Shown here: positions 9,059-18,545 of the stretch, piece after piece | Layout: every line of letters starts with the position of its first letter | How positions within the stretch are numbered: the first letter of the stretch is position 1 | Source of the DNA: a virus | Lineage: Duplodnaviria; Heunggongvirae; Uroviricota; Caudoviricetes | IMG/VR virus record: IMGVR_UViG_2537561934_000015 | Direction: 5' to 3' (one strand) | DNA: 29,584 nt | Position numbers and translations under genes: made by a program | The notes under the pieces: model-generated | The model's database searches: none | What the model was told of the DNA's origin: nothing | Seen by the model: the letters and a program-made list of their open reading frames with translations, nothing else

Positions 9059-9447
9059 GCAACACATTTAAATTCAGCAACCGGAGCGAAAAGAATTTGC
9101 AGGGTGTAAATCCTGATCTGGTGAAAGTGACCCGACGGGCACTGGAAATTTCGGAAGTGGATTTTGGTATCACTGAAGGGTTGCGCAGCCGTTACCGCCA
9201 GAAGCAACTGGTGGCCACGGGTAAGAGCCAGACCATGAACAGCCGCCACCTTACGGGACATGCCGTGGATGTTGTGGCTTATATCGGCAGCCAGGTGTCA
9301 TGGGAATGGCCGCTGTACGAAAAAATCGCAGCAGCATTCAGACAGGCCAGCCGGGAACTGAATATTCCGGTGGAATGGGGCGGCGACTGGAAGACCCTGA
9401 AAGACGGACCGCATTTTCAGTTACCACACGGAGCCTATCCGGCATGA
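9055..9447 (+). CDS. Endolysin, peptidase M15 (VanY/L-Ala-D-Glu peptidase-like) family
   Basis: Zinc-ligand pattern SRHLTGHAVDV ... DGPHFQL typical of M15 endolysins. Sits in the position of the P2 K lysozyme but belongs to a different enzyme family. Confidence 0.75.
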   Translation: MSNTFKFSNRSEKNLQGVNPDLVKVTRRALEISEVDFGITEGLRSRYRQKQLVATGKSQTMNSRHLTGHAVDVVAYIGSQVSWEWPLYEKIAAAFRQASRELNIPVEWGGDWKTLKDGPHFQLPHGAYPA

Positions 9448-9851
9448 AGCTCTGGCCCACGCTGGGCGTCGCTTTCCTTCTGATTGCCGCATGGGGAACA
9501 TCCATGCGTCTGTCGTGGTCGCTGGGCCGGGAGAACGCCAGAAACGAAGCGCAGGCCAGCGCCCTGAAAAGTACCGTCGACACCCTGAATATCATCAGCA
9601 CCGGGGTACAGGATATGCAGCAGGTGCTGGCGCAACTCCGCGTGGAAAATCAACAGCGAAATCAGGACGGAGAGGCCAGACGTGAACAGCTACGCAACGA
9701 TATTGCAAAAGATGAATGCGCCCACGCTTTGCCTGACGCTCGTTTTACTGACAGGTTGCGCAGGCACGCAGAACGCGCCACGGCCAGCGCCGTCAGTCCG
9801 GCTTATACCGCAGACGCTGACCATACCAGTAATGCCTCCCCCCTTCCCTGA
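9444..9851 (+). CDS. Rz-like inner-membrane spanin
   Basis: ATG 9444 overlaps the endolysin stop. N-terminal TM helix MKLWPTLGVAFLLIAAW, then a charged coiled-coil-like region (LRVENQQRNQDGEARREQLRN). Confidence 0.7.
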   Translation: MKLWPTLGVAFLLIAAWGTSMRLSWSLGRENARNEAQASALKSTVDTLNIISTGVQDMQQVLAQLRVENQQRNQDGEARREQLRNDIAKDECAHALPDARFTDRLRRHAERATASAVSPAYTADADHTSNASPLP

Positions 9852-10002
9852 TACTCCCACATGGGGAAATCTCGGTATATGGGGCGACCGCCTTCTGGAT
9901 GCACTGGAAACCTGTAACGCGGATAAACGGGCCATTGAATTACTGGAACAGCGCAGACTGCAACGACTGAACAACGAGGACAACAACCATGCTGAAAACT
10001 GA
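9712..10002 (+). CDS. Rz1-like outer-membrane lipoprotein spanin, overlapping the inner spanin in another frame
   Basis: MNAPTLCLTLVLLTGC carries a lipobox (LTGC), followed by a proline-rich body. Nested or overlapping spanin architecture. An alternative GTG start lies at 9682. Confidence 0.65.
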   Translation: MNAPTLCLTLVLLTGCAGTQNAPRPAPSVRLIPQTLTIPVMPPPFPDTPTWGNLGIWGDRLLDALETCNADKRAIELLEQRRLQRLNNEDNNHAEN

Positions 10003-10456
10003 TTCCCTGCGTGAAGCCATGACCCGTTCATGCCGATGGTGTCAGGCCAACCCGGAAAAATTCACCATTTTCGTGGAGAGCGGCAACATTGAAACGACCG
10101 GAGAAACGCCCTCGTTTGTTTACCGCTATCAAATGGTGATGTTTGTCATGGATTACGCCGGAGAGCTGGACGACCTCACGCTGCCGCTGCTGGCGTGGTT
10201 ATCCGAAAATCAGCCACAGTTGTTGCTCAACCCTGAGCGTAATCAGGACATCAAATTTTCCGCCGTTATCAATGACGATGACAGCGCCGATCTCCTGTTT
10301 ACGCTCCCCCTGCGGGAACGCGTTCGCATCACGCGCAGCAGTCAGGGCACACCGCAGGCAGAACACCTGCCGGAGCCAGAACCCCGCCTGCCATCTTCCG
10401 AAGGCGACTGGTCGCATGTATTCCAGGATGTGACGTGGGGTGAAAGCGATGGATAA
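9989..10456 (+). CDS. R: Tail completion protein (P2 gpR-like)
   Basis: 155-aa ORF, the same size as gpR, in the conserved position after the lysis genes. Confidence 0.8.
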   Translation: MLKTDSLREAMTRSCRWCQANPEKFTIFVESGNIETTGETPSFVYRYQMVMFVMDYAGELDDLTLPLLAWLSENQPQLLLNPERNQDIKFSAVINDDDSADLLFTLPLRERVRITRSSQGTPQAEHLPEPEPRLPSSEGDWSHVFQDVTWGESDG

Positions 10457-11084
10457 GGCATTCACCCGCGTGGATGAAACCTTTGAGGCCATCCGCGACA
10501 GCCTGAATCAGCAGGCCATCAATAACATCGCCAGAAAGCTGGCACAGGATTTACGCCGCGCCCAGCAGGCGCGTATCCGGTCACAGAAAGCGCCGGACGG
10601 GACCGCGTGGACACCACGCAGACGCCGCGTAACCCGGATACAGGAACGCATTCGCTTTATCTGGAATAACGAAGCACGCACGCTGAAAAACTGGCATCAC
10701 GACACGGGGAAATACGGGCGAACCATTACCGGGTGGGATGAGGATAAAAATAATATCCGCACGTTTTACCGGGATGACATCGACCGTTTTCTGGAAATAC
10801 GCACCCGGCGCATCAACCAGGACAGCACAAAGCGCGTCCCCATGTTCGTAAAACTGCGCACCGCCCGCTACCTGAAAGCCCGTGCAGATGCTTCCGGTGT
10901 GACGGTGGGTTACAGCGGCGTGGCCGCACGTATTGCCCGCGTTCATCAGTTCGGTGAGCGCGATCAGGTTGCGCCGGGCATTTTCACCGATTACCCGGTA
11001 CGTGAGCTGTTGGGTATCAGCCAGGCAGATGAGCGCCTGATTTATAACACGGTGCTGGGCCGGATTGCGGAGGCTGTACGGTGA
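10449..11084 (+). CDS. S: Tail completion / virion morphogenesis protein (P2 gpS-like)
   Basis: ATG 10449 overlaps the R stop. 211 aa, longer than P2 gpS (about 150 aa); the central part is comparatively AT-rich and may be an insertion. Confidence 0.75.
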   Translation: MDKAFTRVDETFEAIRDSLNQQAINNIARKLAQDLRRAQQARIRSQKAPDGTAWTPRRRRVTRIQERIRFIWNNEARTLKNWHHDTGKYGRTITGWDEDKNNIRTFYRDDIDRFLEIRTRRINQDSTKRVPMFVKLRTARYLKARADASGVTVGYSGVAARIARVHQFGERDQVAPGIFTDYPVRELLGISQADERLIYNTVLGRIAEAVR

Positions 11085-11662
11085 GCGCAGAACTCATGCG
11101 ACTGCTGAGCAACATCATCCGCACCGGGATCATCTCTGAAGTTGATGAGAAGTCCTGGCGCGTGCGCGTTCGCAGCGGCGAACTGGAAACAGGCTGGCTG
11201 CGCTGGAACACCACGCGCGCGGGAGCCTTCAATGTGTGGCTGCCGCCATCACCAGGCGAACAGGTGGTAATTGCCTGCATTGGCGGCAACCCGGAAACCG
11301 CCATGATAATTGGCAGTCTGTGGAGTGATGCCAGTCCGGCACCCGGCAAAAGCCTGAAAGAAATCGTGATCAGCGCGCCGGATGGCGCGGTGTTCCGCTA
11401 CGACGCAGACGCAGGCGCACTGAGCGCCAGCGGCATGAAAACAGCCACCCTGCAGGCATCCGTCAGCGTGACACTGGACACGCCCGTCGTGGAATGCACA
11501 GACCTTCTGAGAACGGCGACGCTTGACGTCACAAAAGGGGGAAAGATGAGCGGCAATATCACGCACAGCGGCGGCAATTTCACCTCAAACGGCATCACAG
11601 TGCATACGCATAAGCACGGTGGCGTTAAAGGTGGCAGCGATTCGACAGGAGGCCCGCAGTGA
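11081..11662 (+). CDS. V: Baseplate spike/assembly protein (P2 gpV-like)
   Basis: 193-aa ORF overlapping the S stop, in the gpV position. Confidence 0.8.
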   Translation: MSAELMRLLSNIIRTGIISEVDEKSWRVRVRSGELETGWLRWNTTRAGAFNVWLPPSPGEQVVIACIGGNPETAMIIGSLWSDASPAPGKSLKEIVISAPDGAVFRYDADAGALSASGMKTATLQASVSVTLDTPVVECTDLLRTATLDVTKGGKMSGNITHSGGNFTSNGITVHTHKHGGVKGGSDSTGGPQ

Positions 11663-12009
11663 CAACCCGCTACACAGGAATGAACCCGGACGGGACGGGA
11701 AACCTGAACGATATGGAGCACCTGAAACAGTCAGTCAGGGATATCCTGACCACCCCGCTGGCAAGCCGGGTTATGCGACGGGAATATGGCAGCCTTGTGC
11801 CTGATTTGATTGACGAACCCATGAATAACACCACGCGTCTGCAATGCATGAGTGCTGCCGTGATTGCACTGACACGATGGGAACCCCGCATTGCCCTGGA
11901 CGCCATCGACGTTGTCTGGAAGGCAGGAGGCCGCGCCGGGGTGACGCTGTCGGGCACTGTCATGCAGACCATGCAGAATGTTGAATTAACCATCACGCTG
12001 AGGGAGTAA
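11659..12009 (+). CDS. W: Baseplate wedge protein (P2 gpW-like, gp25 family)
   Basis: 116-aa ORF, the size of gpW (115 aa), with GTG start overlapping the V stop. Confidence 0.8.
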   Translation: MTTRYTGMNPDGTGNLNDMEHLKQSVRDILTTPLASRVMRREYGSLVPDLIDEPMNNTTRLQCMSAAVIALTRWEPRIALDAIDVVWKAGGRAGVTLSGTVMQTMQNVELTITLRE

Positions 12010-12012
12010 ATC

Positions 12013-12909
12013 ATGCCCGCCGTTGACCTTTCCCAGTTACCGGAACCCGCCATCATCGCGGAGCCTGACTTTGAAGCAATTCTGGCTGACACAAAGGCCA
12101 TGATGATTGCGGCTTATCCCGCCGAACAGCGTGAAGCCGTCTCCGCCGCGCTGGAGCTGGAATCGGAACCCCTGAACGTTATCGCCCAGACAACAGCGTT
12201 TCGTGAAATGCTGTTACGCCAGCGGGTCAATGAGGGTGCACGCGCCTGCATGTTAAGCCACAGCGCCGGGACAGACCTGGACAACCTCGCGGGCAATATG
12301 AACACAAAGCGCCTGACCATCACTCCGGCAACGGATACCACCGACGCGGTGATGGAGAGCGACACCTCGCTGAGACTGCGGGCGCAGCGGGCGTACGACG
12401 GCCTGAGTGTTGCTGGCCCGTCAGGTGCATACGAGTATTTTGCCCGCAGCGCCAGCGGTCTGGTGCGTGATGCGCGGGCTATCAGTCCGTCTCCGGCCAA
12501 TGTGACGGTTTCCATCCTGTCCACTGAAGGCGACGGCACAGCAACGGAGGCGTTGCTTAATACCGTTCGCGCCGTTCTGAATGCAGAGGATACCCGCCCG
12601 GTGGCCGACCGCCTGACCGTACAGAGCGCCAGAATCGTGACATGGCGGCTGAATGCAAAACTGTACTTTTACCCCGGCCCGGAATCCGAACCTATTCTGG
12701 CCGCGGCTGAATCGTCGTTCAGGAAGTGGCTGGCTGAGCAGGGGCTTATCGGTCAGGACGTGGCGCTGTCCGCCATTGCTGCCGCACTTCATGTGCACGG
12801 TGTGCAACGCGTGGAGATAATCGAACCCACACAGAATATGGCCATCAGCGACATACAGGCGGCGCGCTGTGAGTCATTTACCATCAGCGAAGGTGGGCGC
12901 AATGAGTAA
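12013..12909 (+). CDS. J: Baseplate protein (P2 gpJ-like)
   Basis: 298-aa ORF, gpJ size (302 aa) and position. Confidence 0.85.
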   Translation: MPAVDLSQLPEPAIIAEPDFEAILADTKAMMIAAYPAEQREAVSAALELESEPLNVIAQTTAFREMLLRQRVNEGARACMLSHSAGTDLDNLAGNMNTKRLTITPATDTTDAVMESDTSLRLRAQRAYDGLSVAGPSGAYEYFARSASGLVRDARAISPSPANVTVSILSTEGDGTATEALLNTVRAVLNAEDTRPVADRLTVQSARIVTWRLNAKLYFYPGPESEPILAAAESSFRKWLAEQGLIGQDVALSAIAAALHVHGVQRVEIIEPTQNMAISDIQAARCESFTISEGGRNE

Positions 12910-13432
12910 TTCACTGTTACCGCCATCAGCCAGCAGTTTCATGCGTTGTGCCGAAGCCGTCGGAACACGCATTACAGACATTCCGGTAGACCTCAACACG
13001 CTGTGGTCGCCGGACACCTGCCCGGTGCATCTGCTGCCTTATCTCGCCTGGGCATTTTCCGTTGACCGCTGGGATCGCAACTGGCCGGAAGAGACAAAGC
13101 GACAGGTTATTCGTGATGCATGGCTGATACACCGACACAAAGGGACCATCAGCGCACTGCGCAGGGCCATTGAACCACTGGGATACCTCATTCGCGTGTC
13201 TGAGTGGTGGGAGTTCGGAGGAGAACCGGGAACATTTACCGTTGAAGTCGGCACGCTGGACAGTGGCGTGACGGAGGAAATGTATCTGGAAATGGAGCGG
13301 TTGATTGCTGATGCCCGCCCGGTCAGCCGCCACATGACAGGGCTGAATATCATTCAGGAGATCCCGGGGGATATTTTCGCGGCGGCAGCAACTTACGACG
13401 GTGAAGTCATTACCATTTATCCGGGCGATTAA
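12902..13432 (+). CDS. I: Baseplate protein (P2 gpI-like)
   Basis: ATG 12902 overlaps the J end and gives 176 aa, the gpI size. Confidence 0.8.
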   Translation: MSNSLLPPSASSFMRCAEAVGTRITDIPVDLNTLWSPDTCPVHLLPYLAWAFSVDRWDRNWPEETKRQVIRDAWLIHRHKGTISALRRAIEPLGYLIRVSEWWEFGGEPGTFTVEVGTLDSGVTEEMYLEMERLIADARPVSRHMTGLNIIQEIPGDIFAAAATYDGEVITIYPGD

Positions 13433-13434
13433 GC

Positions 13435-15258
13435 ATGAGTACCACAACACGAAAATTTAAAACCGTTATCACCGATACGGGTGCAAAAAAATTAGCTCAG
13501 GCAGCCGCGCCAGATGGTAAGCCTGTCCGCCTGACTCATATGGCCGTGGGCGACGGTGGCGGCACGTTGCCCACACCAGACAGTAAGCAGACCCGTCTGG
13601 TGCATGAGGTGTGGCGACACACTGTTAATCGCGTCATCCTGGACGCAACACATCAGAACCGCATTATTGCGGAGCTGGTTATTCCTCCTGAAACGGGCGG
13701 ATTCTGGATCCGGGAAATTGGTGTATTTGATGAGCACGGCGATTTGATCGCGGTGGGCAATACTGCGGAAAGTTACAAGCCAGCCGTTGCCGAAGGATCC
13801 GGACGTGCACAAACATTTCGCACCATTCTGACCGTATCCAGCACTGCCACCGTGGCGCTTACCGTGGATAACACCATGGTGATGGCCACAGTGGATTACG
13901 TGAATGACAAACTGAAAGAACATGAACAGTCACGACGTCACCCGGACGCCTCGCTGACCGCAAAAGGCTTTGTTCAACTCAGTAGCGCCACTAACAGCAC
14001 GTCTGAAACGCAGGCTGCAACGCCGAAAGCAGTAAAAGCCGCGTATGACCTGGCTAACGCAAAATATACCGCTCAGGACGCCACGACGGCACGAAAAGGG
14101 ATAGTCCAGCTCAGTAGTGCCACCAACAGCACGTCTGAAACGCTGGCCGCGACACCGAAAGCGGTTAAGGTGGTAATGGATGAAACGAACAAGAAAGCGC
14201 CCTTAAACAGCCCGGCGCTGACCGGAACGCCAACAACACCAACTGCGCGACAGGGAACGAATAATACCCAAATCGCAAGCACGGCTTATGTGATGGCCGC
14301 GATTGCCGCACTTGTAGACTCGTCGCCTGACGCACTGAATACGTTGAACGAGTTAGCGGCGGCGCTGGGCAACGACCCGAATTTTGCGACCACCATGACT
14401 AACGCGCTTGCGGGTAAGCAACCGAAAGATGCCACCCTGACGGCGCTGGCCGGGCTTGCTACTGCAGCAGACAGGTTTCCGTATTTTACGGGGAATGATG
14501 TTGCCAGCCTGGCAACCCTGACAAAAGTCGGGCGGGATATTCTTGCAAAATCGACCATTGCCGCCGTTATCGAATACCTCGGTTTACAGGAAACTGTAAA
14601 ATTAGCTTCGGAAGCGTTATCAACATATGGCGGGGTGGTTAACGGTGATGTGATTATCAAGGGCATTCTCTCGTTAATTGGGAATGAATTACTTATTGAA
14701 AAAGATAATGGCTTTTCTGGTATTCACATCAGAAACAAGAGCACGGTTGCAGGGAGTGCAAATGGAGTCGACTTTTCATTTGGCGGTGCGATTATGTCGT
14801 CTCTCATTTGTGGAATAATGGAAAATGGCGCGAACTACATAGACGTTGCATTGTCTCCGGCAGGCAATATTTCTGACCGTCGTCTGCTTGCATTTACTTT
14901 GGATGGAAATATCAGGCAGTTAATTCCCCGGAATGGATGGAGCATTCAGGGATATACAAAAAACAGTGATTTTACCCAGGCGATGGCTGATGCTGGTTGG
15001 GTACGTTTTCCAAATGGCATCATTTTTCAATGGTGTTGGGGGAATACTGATGCCAGTGGCTGGGCACCTGCCCCGTTTCCTGTTGGCTGGCCTGTTCGTT
15101 GCTTTGGTTTGTTAGCCTGTAATGTTGCTGGTGACTCGATAGCAAGTGCAATTGCGGGTGTTAAAAGATTAAATGATCGCGATATGCAGGTCACGTTAAT
15201 GGAAAGGTCTGGGGGTGCTGTTTCTAAACCATTCTTCTGTATTGGTGTGGGGTGTTAA
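13435..15258 (+). CDS. H: Tail fibre protein (P2 gpH-like), current C-terminal variant
   Basis: 607-aa ORF. Has a conserved N-terminal part and tandem fibre repeats (QLSSATNSTSET..AATPKAVK twice). The C-terminal third lies inside the invertible segment. Confidence 0.9.
   Translation: MSTTTRKFKTVITDTGAKKLAQAAAPDGKPVRLTHMAVGDGGGTLPTPDSKQTRLVHEVWRHTVNRVILDATHQNRIIAELVIPPETGGFWIREIGVFDEHGDLIAVGNTAESYKPAVAEGSGRAQTFRTILTVSSTATVALTVDNTMVMATVDYVNDKLKEHEQSRRHPDASLTAKGFVQLSSATNSTSETQAATPKAVKAAYDLANAKYTAQDATTARKGIVQLSSATNSTSETLAATPKAVKVVMDETNKKAPLNSPALTGTPTTPTARQGTNNTQIASTAYVMAAIAALVDSSPDALNTLNELAAALGNDPNFATTMTNALAGKQPKDATLTALAGLATAADRFPYFTGNDVASLATLTKVGRDILAKSTIAAVIEYLGLQETVKLASEALSTYGGVVNGDVIIKGILSLIGNELLIEKDNGFSGIHIRNKSTVAGSANGVDFSFGGAIMSSLICGIMENGANYIDVALSPAGNISDRRLLAFTLDGNIRQLIPRNGWSIQGYTKNSDFTQAMADAGWVRFPNGIIFQWCWGNTDASGWAPAPFPVGWPVRCFGLLACNVAGDSIASAIAGVKRLNDRDMQVTLMERSGGAVSKPFFCIGVGC
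14564..14594. repeat. Left gix-like recombination site (inside H)
   Basis: The reverse complement of 14576-14594 equals 17344-17362 exactly (GTTTCCTGTAAACCGAGGT, 19 bp). Flanks extend to about 31 bp with 3 mismatches. Lies within H codons ...EYLGLQETV.... Confidence 0.85.
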
Positions 15259-15260
15259 TC

Positions 15261-15737
15261 ATGTCCAGTAAAATATTCTATAGTGCCAGGAATAATACGT
15301 TTTTCTTTGAATCCATGAAACCGGACTATGAAAAATCAGGCGCATGGCCTGACGATTTGGTGGCAGTCACAAACGATATGTATGAAGAGTTTACGGGAAG
15401 ACCGCCAGAGGGAAAGAAGAGAGGCAGTGATGAATCTGGTTTCCCCGCATGGATTGATGTATCAGAACCAGCAACAGAGCAGTTAATCGCATTAAAAGAG
15501 CAGAAGAAAAAGGATTTAGCGGGGATTGCGAACACAGAAATTGCCTGGCGGCAGGATGCTGTTGACGCAGGGATGGCGACAGAAGCAGAAATCACTGTGC
15601 TGGCTGAATGGAAAAAATATCGAGTGCTACTTATGCGTATTGATACATCAACCGAGACGGATATTGAGTGGCCCGCTGTTCCAGACGGACAAAGCGGCAA
15701 AGAGAGCAGTGCAGAGGATGTGAAAACGTCGCTATAA
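15261..15737 (+). CDS. G: Tail fibre assembly chaperone (gpG/Tfa-like)
   Basis: 158-aa ORF immediately after H. A similar gene lies convergently at 15864-16304. Confidence 0.75.
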   Translation: MSSKIFYSARNNTFFFESMKPDYEKSGAWPDDLVAVTNDMYEEFTGRPPEGKKRGSDESGFPAWIDVSEPATEQLIALKEQKKKDLAGIANTEIAWRQDAVDAGMATEAEITVLAEWKKYRVLLMRIDTSTETDIEWPAVPDGQSGKESSAEDVKTSL

Positions 15738-15842
15738 TGTCATCACAATTATTATCATTTTTGTTATTTTGTATTTCCTTGCTCTCCGCAGCCATGTGGA
15801 TATGGAAAAGCCTGGATGACCACAAAAGCCTGAGTAAAATTA

Positions 15843-15860
15843 AGGCCCGATAACGGGCCT
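15843..15860. terminator. Bidirectional hairpin between the convergent tail fibre assembly genes
   Basis: AGGCCCG-ATAA-CGGGCCT, flanked by T-rich sequence on both strands. Confidence 0.5.
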
Positions 15861-15863
15861 TTC

Positions 15864-16304
15864 TCATTCTGGTTGTTCGGGGAATGTTACCGGCAGGCTG
15901 GAGGTGTCTGTGGATTCGACTTTCTGCGCATAGAGCATCCACTCGGTTAATTTTTGTTTATTCTCGTCGGAAATGACGCCCAGCTGTAGCTGAGAGTCCC
16001 ACAGCTGGGTTTTATCCCTGACGAGCTGCAGCAGGCTCTGCTTTTCATTTTCCGCTTGTTGCCTTTGCTCCTCCTCGGTATAAGTTCGCTTTACCACTAC
16101 GCCATCTTTGAACATCCATTTACCCGAAATGTCAGCACGGCGATTTGCTGTAATATCAGGTAATTCAACGACGCTTGCGCCTTCCGGATTAATTGCTGAA
16201 ACATCCTTTTCAATACAAATAATAACGCCGTTATGGTCATAGACCATTTTCAACGTATCAGGCCGGAAATTCTTTTGTTCCTCATACCAGTTTTTTCCCA
16301 TCAT
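15864..16304 (-). CDS. Alternative tail fibre assembly chaperone (tfa')
   Basis: 146-aa ORF on the minus strand inside the invertible segment, convergent with tfa. Same size class as tfa and in the Mu U' position; similarity to tfa was not checked. Confidence 0.7.
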   Translation of the reverse strand: MMGKNWYEEQKNFRPDTLKMVYDHNGVIICIEKDVSAINPEGASVVELPDITANRRADISGKWMFKDGVVVKRTYTEEEQRQQAENEKQSLLQLVRDKTQLWDSQLQLGVISDENKQKLTEWMLYAQKVESTDTSSLPVTFPEQPE

Positions 16305-16400
16305 CTGAATAAAGCCATTTGATGTTAAATTGCTTTGTTAGCTGGTATTGCTCTTTTGTTTTAGGATTGCCAGCAGTAATGTTTTTTAAGTGCATCATAA

Positions 16401-17363
16401 TTAAATACTCCCCGCGTTATACCACGTTCCATTAATGCAATACTGAACTGGCCTTGCCTGTGTTGTATCAATTAATTCATCACGGTTTCCGTTAACTGAA
16501 CCCGTAACGACATAACCTGACCTGTCAGACCAGCCGGGACCATTCCATGTCTGAACAGATGACAGACCGCCCAGACGAATACCTGTAATAAACTTTGAGT
16601 TACATTCCGCTTTGGTATATGCACCAACATCTCCCGCAGAGGGCTTGCGGGTCGTGGTGTAAAACTCTGACCAGTTAGCCTCAAATCCATAACCATCACG
16701 CGCTGAACGATAAAAAATACCGCCATTCCTGTAATTCACGCGGAACTGTACGGCAGGGCAACTCCCCGTATTCATATTGAAGTGGAGGATTAATGCTGTT
16801 GCGCCATTGATATCTGCGTTATAAACCCCGCTATTCCAGTTCCAGCCAACAGCTTTATCATTTGCAACCCTGCTTCCTGTTTGCCCTAAAGCAAATGCAG
16901 GCTGCTGGTTTTTCGTGTTGTAGTCTCGTCGCCAGCCAGGAGCATAAGCATCACCATGATTAATATAGGTGAATTGAGCGTTAGTAATTCCGCCGCCGCT
17001 GGACGTGCTCGGCGTGGTAACGCGTATGGTCATTGCGCCGCGAGTGCCAATAACTTCCACCACAGCACCTGCAAGACAAATATTTCCGCAACCTGTATCT
17101 GTAATGACCTTATTATTTGCATAAGCCCATGAGCCTTTGCACATCCAGTAAGGATGGTTAAATGCCCCCTGACTCTCCAGCCACGAAATGAATTGTGCGG
17201 TTGTCCAGGCCTGACTATCGCCACCAATATTCAGCCCTGCACTATATGCGCGGCAGGCCCCAATATTTTTGGTGAAGGTATCTTTTCCCGGAATATCTGC
17301 GCCGTTCTGGTTTTTTTGTAATGCTCCAGAAGCCTGATTTACCGTTTCCTGTAAACCGAGGTT
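16401..17363 (-). CDS. Alternative tail fibre C-terminal cassette (start-less; expressed after inversion by fusion to the H N-terminal part)
   Basis: The minus-strand frame is open from 17363 (a stop lies just upstream) down to the stop at 16401. It begins [16 protein letters not shown]..., matching the H junction ...EYLGLQETVKLASEALS. No start codon at the 5' end, as expected for an Sv'-type cassette. The six-frame track shows only the internal Met at 17144. Confidence 0.8.
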   Translation of the reverse strand, partial: NLGLQETVNQASGALQKNQNGADIPGKDTFTKNIGACRAYSAGLNIGGDSQAWTTAQFISWLESQGAFNHPYWMCKGSWAYANNKVITDTGCGNICLAGAVVEVIGTRGAMTIRVTTPSTSSGGGITNAQFTYINHGDAYAPGWRRDYNTKNQQPAFALGQTGSRVANDKAVGWNWNSGVYNADINGATALILHFNMNTGSCPAVQFRVNYRNGGIFYRSARDGYGFEANWSEFYTTTRKPSAGDVGAYTKAECNSKFITGIRLGGLSSVQTWNGPGWSDRSGYVVTGSVNGNRDELIDTTQARPVQYCINGTWYNAGSI

Positions 17364-17374
17364 TTAGATAATGG
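17344..17374. repeat. Right gix-like recombination site
   Basis: GTTTCCTGTAAACCGAGGTTTTAGATAA, close to the recalled Mu gix sequence (TTCCTGTAAACCGAGGTTTTGGATAA). Lies about 50 bp upstream of the invertase start. Confidence 0.85.
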
Positions 17375-17425
17375 TCGATTTTGGCACGCATGGCATGATT
17401 GGCGCTTTTAAACAGGAGATCCAGA

Positions 17426-18016
17426 GTGCTGATTGGCTATGTAAGGGTATCAACAAATGACCAGAATACAGACCTGCAACGAAACGCTCTTGTTTGTGCA
17501 GGATGTGAACAAATATTTGAAGATAAATTAAGCGGGACAAAGACAGACCGACCGGGATTAAAACGCGCTTTAAAGCGCCTTCAACAAGGTGACACGCTGG
17601 TTGTCTGGAAACTGGATCGCCTCGGGCGAAGCATGAAACATCTGATTTCTCTCGTCGGGGAACTACGGGAGCGAGGGATTAATTTTCGCAGTCTGACCGA
17701 CAGCATAGATACATCTTCTCCAATGGGGCGTTTTTTCTTCCACGTGATGGGTGCCCTGGCTGAAATGGAACGTGAATTAATTGTAGAGCGTACACTGGCC
17801 GGTCTGGCAGCAGCACGCGCACAAGGACGCACAGGCGGACGTCGCCCGAAGCTGACAAAAGAACAGAATGAGCAAATAGCAAGGCTGATTAAAAACGGGC
17901 ACGACAGAAAACAACTGGCAATAATTTACGGCATTGGTACATCGACGATTTATCGTTACCACCCCGCAGGAGAATCAAGCGGAACAATTGAGAAGAGTAA
18001 ACAAAATAACCGCTAA
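17426..18016 (+). CDS. Serine DNA invertase, Gin/Pin/Cin/Hin family
   Basis: From GTG 17426 (AGGAG 7 nt upstream) the protein reads (M)LIGYVRVSTNDQNTDLQRNAL...VVWKLDRLGRSMKHL..., near-identical to the recalled Gin/Pin N-terminus with the catalytic Ser in VRVST. The six-frame track start at 17399 is upstream of the likely start. Confidence 0.9.
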   Translation: MLIGYVRVSTNDQNTDLQRNALVCAGCEQIFEDKLSGTKTDRPGLKRALKRLQQGDTLVVWKLDRLGRSMKHLISLVGELRERGINFRSLTDSIDTSSPMGRFFFHVMGALAEMERELIVERTLAGLAAARAQGRTGGRRPKLTKEQNEQIARLIKNGHDRKQLAIIYGIGTSTIYRYHPAGESSGTIEKSKQNNR

Positions 18017-18039
18017 TCTGGCCATTAGCGGTTTTTGTG
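18009..18039. terminator. Bidirectional terminator between the convergent invertase and U genes
   Basis: ACCGCTAAT-CTGGCC-ATTAGCGGT followed by TTTTTGTG on the plus strand and by a T-rich run on the minus strand. Confidence 0.6.
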
Positions 18040-18044
18040 TTAAA

Positions 18045-18539
18045 TCAGAACAGCCCTTTAACTGAACTGGCCGCGCTGTTAAGAGATGATGTCACTTTAT
18101 CTTTGAAGCCGGACAGCATATCGCTGAACGATGAGGATTGCAGACGCTCCCGCAAATCCTCATCACAGCGTTCAAGGGTCAGTGAAAACTCTATCTTTTT
18201 CGCCTTGCCGTAGCGATCAAACTCAGAACGGGTCGTATTCGTTTCAGTCAGTACATACATGCCGTAAATCTGCCCGACGCCATCAATCAGAGGCCAGGGG
18301 CGTCCTGTATATGCCTGCGTGGTCAGCAGCGACAGCGACACTTCGCCACCTGTAATTTCAGGATAAAGCACGCCTGAAAGCACGATGCGATCATCACCTG
18401 CACCGATATACTGCCAGCTTGCTGAACGGTTAACGCGTTCATTTTTCACATGCCGCCAGCTTTTGTTTTGCTGTAACTGCTGATGCGGCAATGTGCGCAG
18501 CTCAAAAACAAACATGCCGTAGATCATCATCATGGCCAT
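18045..18539 (-). CDS. U: Tail protein (P2 gpU-like)
   Basis: 164-aa minus-strand ORF immediately downstream of T in the reading direction. gpU size is about 159 aa. Confidence 0.8.
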   Translation of the reverse strand: MAMMMIYGMFVFELRTLPHQQLQQNKSWRHVKNERVNRSASWQYIGAGDDRIVLSGVLYPEITGGEVSLSLLTTQAYTGRPWPLIDGVGQIYGMYVLTETNTTRSEFDRYGKAKKIEFSLTLERCDEDLRERLQSSSFSDMLSGFKDKVTSSLNSAASSVKGLF

Positions 18540-18545
18540 GACTCC

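Larger units (their letters stand above)
14564..17374. mobile_element. Invertible tail-fibre segment (Mu G / P1 C / e14 P-segment type)
   Basis: Bounded by inverted gix-like sites at 14564-14594 and 17344-17374. Contains the H C-terminus and tfa in one orientation and a start-less alternative fibre C-terminus plus a second tfa in the other. The invertase gene is adjacent. Confidence 0.85.

Noticed and set aside
12926-13450. 174-aa minus-strand ORF overlapping gene I
   Set aside because: Antisense to the conserved baseplate gene I. No support.
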